9,518 nt of DNA from Paramicrosporidium saccamoebae KSL3. Its lineage: Eukaryota > Fungi > Cryptomycota. A program made the position numbers and the translations under genes. Positions 1 to 7,000 of this stretch are shown here, piece after piece. Within the stretch, counting starts at the first letter, position 1. Every line of letters starts with the position of its first letter. The stretch covers positions 1-9,518 of the forward strand of contig MTSL01000109.1 in the NCBI GenBank assembly GCA_002794465.1, given 5' to 3'. The notes beneath the pieces were generated by a model. It did no database searches and was not told the DNA's origin. It worked only from the letters and a program-made list of their open reading frames with translations.

Positions 1-77
1 CGAGAGGTCCAAGATCCTCGAGATAACCGAGAGGTCCAAGATCCTCGAGATAGCCGAGAGGTCCAAGATCCTCGAGA
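1..77 (+). repeat. 27-bp coding tandem repeat, about 2.9 copies (CGAGAGGTCCAAGATCCTCGAGATARC)
   Basis: Units at 1-27 and 28-54 differ at one base; 55-77 matches the first 23 nt exactly. There are no spacers. Confidence 0.95.
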
Positions 78-165
78 GACTCAAATCGCTCAAAATACTC
101 AAAATACTCAAAATACTCAAAACACCCAAGAGGCACCTTTGTCTAAAAGACCGAGGCCAGATTAA
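1..165 (+). CDS. 3' end of an unknown protein, open at the left edge (REVQDPRDN REVQDPRDS REVQDPRETQIAQNTQNTQNTQNTQEAPLSKRPRPD*)
   Basis: Frame +1 is open from base 1 to TAA at 163-165. Both repeat types have 3n periods (27 and 9 nt) that keep this frame. It ends in an NLS-like KRPR. Absent from the ORF track because there is no start codon in the window. Confidence 0.6.
   Translation, partial: REVQDPRDNREVQDPRDSREVQDPRETQIAQNTQNTQNTQNTQEAPLSKRPRPD
79..129 (+). repeat. 9-bp coding tandem repeat (ACTCAAAAT-like; TQN), about 5.5 copies
   Basis: actcaaatc/gctcaaaat/actcaaaat/actcaaaat/actcaaaac/acccaa read directly from the sequence. Confidence 0.9.
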
Positions 166-169
166 TAAA
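164..169 (+). promoter_or_regulatory. Possible polyadenylation signal AATAAA overlapping the stop codon
   Basis: gatTAATAAAa: AATAAA at 164-169 overlaps the TAA. Position only; AT-rich hexamers also occur by chance. Confidence 0.35.
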
Positions 170-278
170 ACTATGCATATCAGCTCTTCGCAGCATCTCG
201 TTTATAAAGTCATTTATGATTAGCTCACGTACAACATCAATATCAAACACACACCCACGCACTCACTCATTCACTTAC

Positions 279-1892
279 TTAGTCGGTCCAGTTTAGGCCA
301 TTGACGGCCAAAAGACCCGTCTTTTCAATCTGCTCCCTTGTTTTGACATGTTTTTCCATCGTTTCATATAGTCGTTGGCGCAGTCCTCGCTTATGATGAT
401 GAAGGATGCAATGCTGGTCGGCCACCTCTTGCCAAGATTTCAGATTCCGGTTCTGGCTGACAAGCGTTTTGATGCGCCGGGTGGACGGAAGGGCATTGTC
501 TTGGTGCGGATAGTCGTCAAAGTCGACTGTATTGCTGAAATCAAGACTTGGGATGGATAGTCCCTTGAACAACGAATCAATAAATTCTTCAGATACATCT
601 TCCAGCTTGGCCGGCATCCAATTTGCACTCTTTTCCTTTCTTACCAGCTTTGCAGACACGCCCTCGCGAAGATCGGCAACCCTTTCCAAAAAGTTCTTGG
701 CCAAAATGTACTCCATCCGTAGACAATCTCGGAATGACATTTCCCGACCGAGACGGAGCATCTTCATCGTGACAAGACTGGCAGTAGGCGACATGGTTAG
801 GATTGTTTTCAGAGTATTCTTGGCCCACTCATCTTCACGATTCTCTAGCTGGCTAATCACTTTCTGCAACGTCGGTGCCGAAAAGTACTGATTAATATCA
901 TCTAGCCTGGTCTGCAAGGAAAAGGGCTGCTCTTCACCAGCAAATTGCTCAATGTACTCTGCCAATGCCTCTGGCGCGACATCCGAATGGGAGAGACTCT
1001 CCACCAAGTCATCCACACGGACCGAGGGTACAAAGTGCGTTGCAATTCCGGCATGACTATAAATCATTAGACACTCTCTTCCGATCAGTACTAGTTGTCA
1101 TAGCCTTTAAGACGATGGCCGGTCAAGGCGAGAAATGTTCCCAGCTCGCCATCAAGTCTGGGCAAAAAGAAGGAGCCTCCCACATCTGGATAGAATCCAA
1201 TCGCCGTCTCAGGCATGGCAAACAGCGTATTCTCAGTGGCAATTCTAAAATGTCCGTGAACAGATATTCCCGCACCTCCACCCACTACCATCAACAGGCA
1301 AAAAGCGAGGTTTACTTGTGATTCCATCCAGAACCGAAATTATTGGCTTTTTGTATGTGCCAAGGAGATGATTTAACCGGTATTCTCGTCGGAAAAACTC
1401 TGCCCTCTGCGTGTCTGGCAATTTGTCATCCAGAACGCCTACAAATCAGCAACCACATGGATCGGGGAGATGATACCGACAACGTCGCCGCCAGCGCAAA
1501 AGGCCTTTGTCTTGGTGTTAGTGTTGTCCGCTTTCAGGATTATCATTCGGCAACTGGGACTGTTCTCCCACACCTAAACCCATTATTAGTGGGGATAAGA
1601 AGCTAACCTGCAGCGCACCGAGAATGGCCTCTACCATTCCAGCATTGAGTGCATGGAGAGCCGCTGGTCTGTTTAATTCGACAATGCGGACGGCTCCTTT
1701 CGAATGAAACTTGACGAATTCACACTATAACTGGTCAAAAATTAAATATTGATACATTCGGTAGAGAGCTGGTCATTTTAGTGGCAAAAGATGGATATGC
1801 CTACAGCTCCAAAAGCCCAACAAGCATACTGCGCTAGAAAAAGAGTATTGTCCAGTAAACTGACGCGCCAAATGTCTCAATCGGAGTAGCAT
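279..1892 (-). CDS. EHD3: Mitochondrial 3-hydroxyisobutyryl-CoA hydrolase (crotonase family, fungal Ehd3/mS47 type), 471 aa; exons 1892-1830, 1800-1756, 1724-1608, 1573-1477, 1438-1316, 1284-1092, 1056-279
   Basis: Removing six GT..TAG introns gives one 1416-nt frame with family motifs [64 protein letters not shown] (catalytic Glu/Asp retained), [19 protein letters not shown] and [13 protein letters not shown]. The N-terminus [21 protein letters not shown] (3 Arg, no acidic residues) resembles a mitochondrial presequence. Exons 1-2 are less certain than exons 3-7. Confidence 0.92.
1057..1091 (-). other. EHD3 intron 6, 35 nt, phase 2 (GTACTG...CTAAT...TTATAG)
   Basis: AAC TA|T CAT restores GYDN-Y-HAGIATH and removes the TAG that ends ORF 1091..1327. 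Confidence 0.93.
1285..1315 (-). other. EHD3 intron 5, 31 nt, phase 1 (GTAAAC...TTGAT.GGTAG)
   Basis: ACA A|TG GGT restores the conserved DGIT-M-GGG motif exactly. Confidence 0.93.
1439..1476 (-). other. EHD3 intron 4, 38 nt, phase 1 (GTATCA...CTGAT.TTGTAG)
   Basis: Restores [15 protein letters not shown]...EFFRREY. Confidence 0.9.
1574..1607 (-). other. EHD3 intron 3, 34 nt, phase 0 (GTTAGC...ACTAAT...TTTAG)
   Basis: CTAAT branch point; joins GALQ to [14 protein letters not shown]. Confidence 0.9.
1725..1755 (-). other. EHD3 intron 2, 31 nt, phase 0 (GTATCA...TTGAC...TTATAG)
   Basis: Removes an in-frame TGA and joins to [20 protein letters not shown]. The CAG 6 nt upstream of the acceptor would give TTA TAG (stop), so TAG is the workable acceptor. 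Confidence 0.75.
1801..1829 (-). other. EHD3 intron 1, 29 nt, phase 0 (GTATGC...CTGTAG)
   Basis: Joins the presequence exon to [15 protein letters not shown] in frame. There is no conserved motif to anchor it. Confidence 0.65.
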
Positions 1893-1972
1893 CAAGATTC
1901 TACGATTAAATAAAATTGGAAAATAATAGAGATTATAATGTGGCGTAGAGGATTGATTATTTAAATATTTGA

Positions 1973-1997
1973 GAACAGTGAATAGTGAATAGTGAAC
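1973..1997. repeat. 7-bp tandem repeat GAAYAGT, 3.5 copies, upstream of EHD3
   Basis: gaacagt gaatagt gaatagt gaac, next to an AT-rich tract (about 1905-1970) that probably forms the EHD3 core promoter. Confidence 0.7.
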
Positions 1998-2119
1998 GGG
2001 TTCCCGCATGACTTGATCCGTGGTATTATCCCCACTACGTAGCAATAATATGGTCGATTCCCATTACCTCTGCTGTCTCGGTCAATCTTCCTAATCAGCC
2101 CTGCTTCATCCCCTTATAG

Positions 2120-3670
2120 TCAGTCAACGTAGGAGGAATCAATCATTATTCTCACTTCACGCAAGGTAAAAATGGTCGAAATTTTAAACGAATCTAAAAG
2201 CTGTCTCATTGCTCCCCGGTTCACTATGAATTGGTTCCAGTCGAGGTTTTCAGCGGCAAGGCCAAACAATGCATCAAGATCGGCCTTTACTGAATAGTAG
2301 ATCATGAAGCATAATGTGGCGACAACCAAATTCAGACCTATTTCGTTGATCGAACTTAGAGACGTCTCGATGAGTGACTTGTATCGAGCAATATTGTCAA
2401 CTTGGCCAAAATACCAGTTTCTAGGCATTCTGGTGATCCTTGACATATCCTGGATAAACGGCACTCCCGAATCAGCATACTGTCTCGAATACACAACACA
2501 AGGTCCAATCGGTCCTTCTTTGCGCCACACATCGAGTCGATGTTGCAACGAGAGTTCTTTGAAGGGCAGAAATATTGCTGGAACCAAACTACAGACACGC
2601 TGTCGTTCCAGCGGGCACTGCTGAAGATAGACACTAATGATAACTCGTCCGGTGGCGGGCGTTAAAAGATCTGGGATCGCCCTGTCTATGATAGTCTTCA
2701 TGCTCTCAATCAACTGCACTTTGTCTTTTGTTGTTTGGTGCAATTTCAACACCAAGCTAGCCAATATCTCCCACAAAGATCTTTCAGCCGCAACCAGCCC
2801 ATCGTTGACAAGCTCAAAAACGCACTCCAACAGTCGCCTTCTGGTCATTGGTTCACTGGGAGTGGGATTGACCAAGGTCAGCCCCCAGGCAAGGTTTGGG
2901 AGAGCAATATCTGCAATATCTACAATATCATCTTGGGGGGTCAGTGCCAATAAAATAACGGTAGCCTTGAAGACACTTTTGGGATCGTCGTCAGGTTCTT
3001 TCAAAAACGAAAACAAACTACTACTTTGTGGAAAGTACTTTAGAAACATTCGATAAAACTCTGGAATCATGTCATCAACGAGCACACCAAAGAGCTTTTC
3101 GGCAAATTCCATCGACATGCCTATTAGTAATGTATCGAGCCACCTCAGGGACTCCATCTTGAAAAGATTTACAGAGATGGATTGCTGAAGCAAGGCAAAA
3201 ATTATCTCCTCTTGGCTACGAGTGTAATTAAATGCCAGCGGCTGTCGCCCATTGCAATAATGACCTCTAAGGGCCAGACAATGAAAACAGGAACATGGCA
3301 TCCTCTCGGCGGCAAAAGGATTTGCTTCATACCAAACTCCTGTGGCAACGGCCATTTCGGCAAGCGGTATATTGTTGAGTAGCTTTTGAAAATTGAACAT
3401 GGTTGGATGGAATTGTGTATACGCGAAAAGCTTGGCAAGCTGAGCGCTTCGCTCCTCATCCTCAACCACACTCGAGTAAGGGCTTTCAAAATCGAATCGC
3501 GGATAAGCTATAAGACCGCTAATGATTGCCGCGGATTCCTGATTAAGGGAGCAAGATGCAAAAAAGGCTTTCAGTGCATTCGAGCTGCAGCGTTCAGCCA
3601 GTAAATGTGCGGTAAAAGAGACGAGAACACAATCTGCCACAGCAAGGCACCACCATATCATTGCTGTCAT
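2120..3670 (-). CDS. Hypothetical protein, about 516 aa, no recognisable family; start codon uncertain
   Basis: Uninterrupted 1.58-kb frame with globular, Leu-rich composition, co-oriented with its neighbours. First ATG is at 3670 (the ORF track uses TTG at 3700). An in-frame TGA lies at 3706-3704. Hydrophobic N-terminus; additional small 5' exons cannot be excluded. Confidence 0.75.
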   Translation of the reverse strand: MTAMIWWCLAVADCVLVSFTAHLLAERCSSNALKAFFASCSLNQESAAIISGLIAYPRFDFESPYSSVVEDEERSAQLAKLFAYTQFHPTMFNFQKLLNNIPLAEMAVATGVWYEANPFAAERMPCSCFHCLALRGHYCNGRQPLAFNYTRSQEEIIFALLQQSISVNLFKMESLRWLDTLLIGMSMEFAEKLFGVLVDDMIPEFYRMFLKYFPQSSSLFSFLKEPDDDPKSVFKATVILLALTPQDDIVDIADIALPNLAWGLTLVNPTPSEPMTRRRLLECVFELVNDGLVAAERSLWEILASLVLKLHQTTKDKVQLIESMKTIIDRAIPDLLTPATGRVIISVYLQQCPLERQRVCSLVPAIFLPFKELSLQHRLDVWRKEGPIGPCVVYSRQYADSGVPFIQDMSRITRMPRNWYFGQVDNIARYKSLIETSLSSINEIGLNLVVATLCFMIYYSVKADLDALFGLAAENLDWNQFIVNRGAMRQLLDSFKISTIFTLREVRIMIDSSYVD

Positions 3671-3948
3671 AATTGTGGCAATAAAATGAATTTGGCACAA
3701 GAATCAGCGCTTTTGCCCTGGTGATTGCGTGATGAGACTATTACCACAATTTCAATATTAATAAGTGACAGGAAACTACCAGCCTATATTGGCGAGTCTA
3801 TCTTTCCACTCCTGTAACCTGAATCTCATTTGCATGTTTGGACAAATACCCAGCTCCCAGTGAAACATTCCACCATTTCACACATGCTCACTCGCCTTTA
3901 CAAAATCGCCTAATATGACATCTTTATGAGCAAAAAAATTATAATTAA

Positions 3949-3996
3949 CCAGCAGACCAGTAGACCAGTAGACTAACAGGCTAGCAGACCGCTAGA
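3949..3996. repeat. Degenerate 8-bp tandem repeat, 6 copies (CCAGYAGA-like), just after the stop of the large gene
   Basis: ccagcaga ccagtaga ccagtaga ctaacagg ctagcaga ccgctaga, adjacent to the AT-rich tract at 3932-3948. Confidence 0.75.
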
Positions 3997-4006
3997 TCGG
4001 CATCGA

Positions 4007-7000
4007 TTATACGCAATCTTCGTCTTCAAGCTCTCCCAAAATCAAATTAATGCGCTCCCGTCGTAAGACTTCGTCGTCGTGGCGAGACCACAGCATTTGG
4101 CTTTTGGAGCGACGCAGCGTGTCAATCCGCTCGGCGGAACGCATTGTCGGTCCAGTGCGGGTCCGTGGACGAGTTTCAAAGATGGTGGAACCCGAGGCGG
4201 AGGCTTCTGAAGCAATCAGAGTGGAACGCGAGATGGAACGGGCAGGCGGCATGCGGATTGTGCTGGCAGTGTGACGACGATTCGGTCGGACCCGACGCTC
4301 ATATGGCATCGGACCAAACCATCCCTTTACATATTTGGGATTGCGGTACAGCTTCCATGCCACAAAGACCATAATAGCCACACCCAAAATACATAGTGCA
4401 ATGATCAGAATGGGCGGTCGGATGGGTCTCTTCACATCAGCCACCATGATGGAGAATTCAGTCAAATGGGAACAGGCACATTGGACATGGCTAGTGTTAT
4501 AGGCCAAAACTCGACATCCTTCTTCACTCCAAGAAGAAGAGGTCTGGTTGAGATAGCGATCGTACCAAACACACTTTGGTCGTCCACCCCGCTCCACGCG
4601 ACGTTGAAATTCACTGGACATTTGCATCAAAAAGGTCAAATGGCGGGTGCGGAACCACGGCGCCAGCACTTGAGATGCATTCCTAAAGGCCAATTCCAGA
4701 ATGTTAGTATCGATGCTAGAATTGCGCATCAGATTGGCGCTGGTAAAGGAACAGCGATATCCAAGACAGGACATGTCCTGAGAGACCATTCCACGGAGAT
4801 CCGGAAGTGTAAAGCCACAGAGTCGAGAAACGCGCGTTATATTCCGAGTGTCGATTAAACCAAACTCGAGGGCCTGTCGTCCACCCTCCCATGAGAATGG
4901 CTCACCATCCCATCCATCATAATCCTCATAGTCGCCAGGAGACGGGGTGTCCTCTTCAGCTGTAAAAACTAACAGAGGCTCGGCATCCTCATCAGCCTGC
5001 ACTAATCTCCTCTTTCTTGCCTTTTTCATAGATGCCATTTCTGTTTTGACCGATGATTGTGTAGCCGTCGATTGATTTGGTTGTCCCGCTGTCTGTCTAG
5101 CCGACTCCCCCGTTGACGGTCCGGCTGACTGCGCAGAGGTCTTATCCCCCCGATTTCCACCGGCACTTGCATCCGCATTGGCAAGATCACAGTACATTGT
5201 GCGCTGTACACAAGTCTCCAAAATATTCTTAATCTCGTGTACTACAAAACTGGCCGAACTACCACCACGGGGATTTTCATAAATAGGACCAAGCAACTTG
5301 AGCAATTTGATGACGTGATGGGGAGCAAAGCATCCATCGGGTCGCGAATTGGACATTCCCTGCGCCAAACGAAGAGTAATACGTAGCAACAGGGGACGCA
5401 AATCAATTGGCAATTTCCCTGGCAGAATGCGCTGCAAATAGTCCAAAAAGTAGGGACCCGTCTCGCTGGCTTCAATATGGGTGGACTGGGTCAACGAATC
5501 AACCACTTGAAGGATACGCGCCAATGTGACATTTCCATTCTTGGCCGTTGTCAAATCTGGCAATTTTTCACCCGGCTCTGATGCCAGCTTGTTGGCCATC
5601 TTGACTCCCTTTGCCTGTCCGGCCAAAACACTCGGCACCACATTGGCAGCGGTGAGGGCGAGGATTTCATAACCAGCGCGCTGATTGCGGGTGCGTTCAA
5701 ATCTTTGGAGTTGGGAAGCCAAAAAGACTTCTTTAGGGACAGTTCCATGCCGGGCGCTGATATTTCGTACCGGTACGGTGGTGATCAAGCCATCGCCATC
5801 TAAAATGTCCACCTCTAGCAGATAATGGCCCACATCAGTGGTAAAGGAGAGATGGGAACTGGGAGTAGGCGGTCCAAGGGGAATGGGATCACCACGAATA
5901 CGCGTCTTGAAGCGATAGCGCAGATTGGGACCAGACCAGCCATGGCAGGCGACAGTAAAACGATTCTCAAAAGCAGTTCCCACTGCGGATGATGTCAATT
6001 CACAATATCCCGCACTCGGCGGCTCTCTCACACGTACTGTGCGATATGCCCAACCGACAATGCCAGTGGTCCCATCCAACACGGCCACACGGAAACAATA
6101 CTCAGTTCCAGGCAATAGTCCTGCGGGTGAAATTTCTTTAAGACTCTTTGGTTCTGCCGTCCATTGTGGTTCACTACTCAGCCCAGTAGTAATTGCATAT
6201 GCTTGACGATTACAGTAGGGCAACGACTCCCAATGGAACGTGTGGTTTCTCATCTGCAACGGATCGCGCGGTTTAGCCACCGCTGCCATCATTTGCAATG
6301 TCCTCTCTTCCGTACTAACAACACTCTTTTGCATTGCAATCTCCACTCGTGGAACTGACGGATCCCGTGCCACTGCCACCACAATGGAATCACTAATCTT
6401 GTATCCAAATTGGCGATGAGTTGCTGTTGCGATAAATTCCATGTCGGTTGCCTTTTCAAAGTCTTTTCCATGAAGCACAAAATTGGTGCCTATAGACTTT
6501 GCAAGTTTTGTAGACTTTGTAGCTTCTGTAGCTTCTGTAGATTCTGTAGTCTTTACACCTTTTCCATCCTCTACACCTACATCTTTTCCACCCCCCAACT
6601 CCGACTCTGAATCCAGATCCAAATCCATAGCCAAACCCATATCAATGGTCCAATCTTCTCCATTCACTTGACAGGGTGACTCTCGATCCATGGATAGACA
6701 TTGCCATTCCACTGAAAATTCTTCCAAAGATGCTCCCACAGTTCTTACCCGTATTTGCGTGTCATCTTCATAGCCCACCAATCGACTACCGCCAATAATT
6801 TCCAATCGAACATTACTCGGTAGCACCGTCAAGGCGTGGGTGAACAGATAGGTGGAACTTTGGGCAGGATTCTTGTCCATCTTTACAGGCTCATCTTTAG
6901 TCTCCTCGTCGTATCCTTCCTCCATATAGTCCATCGCGTCCACCGAAACTACTACCCGCACCCCTAACACATAGTCACCAGGCTCTAATGAATTGGCTGC

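Noticed and set aside
1-77. 27-bp direct repeats as a CRISPR array
   Set aside because: The units are contiguous with no spacers, keep a reading frame, and lie in intron-containing eukaryotic DNA.
1057-1327. ORF-track starts at 1067 and 1327
   Set aside because: The ATG at 1067 lies within intron 6 (overlapping its branch point), and the ATG at 1327 is out of frame within exon 5. Both ORFs are exon fragments of EHD3.
1588-2036. 11-bp inverted repeat AGTGGGGATAA / TTATCCCCACT
   Set aside because: Matches of this length are expected by chance in 9.5 kb. One copy is inside an intron and there is no transposase or target-site duplication.
1773-2045. 90-aa ORF as an independent gene
   Set aside because: It is read-through of the promoter, EHD3 exon 1 and intron 1. 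Only [21 protein letters not shown] is likely real.
3671-3700. TTG start for the orphan gene
   Set aside because: Near-cognate starts are unlikely in a eukaryote; an ATG is available at 3670.
3550-3835. Alternative 3-intron 5' model for the orphan gene giving a signal-peptide-like MQMRFRLVVSCHLLILKLWAKA
   Set aside because: It needs weak donors (GTTACA, GTGTTC), two CAG acceptors and poor branch points, unlike the seven supported introns. Only RNA-seq could rescue it.
4007-4021. C-terminal EDCV as a CaaX or PDZ-binding motif
   Set aside because: The Cys is in the wrong position for CaaX; the PDZ match is too short to support.
4007-4573. Calling the gene an adhesion GPCR or a true PKD1 ortholog
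   Set aside because: There is only one TM and no 7TM, PLAT/LH2 or channel domain before the stop.
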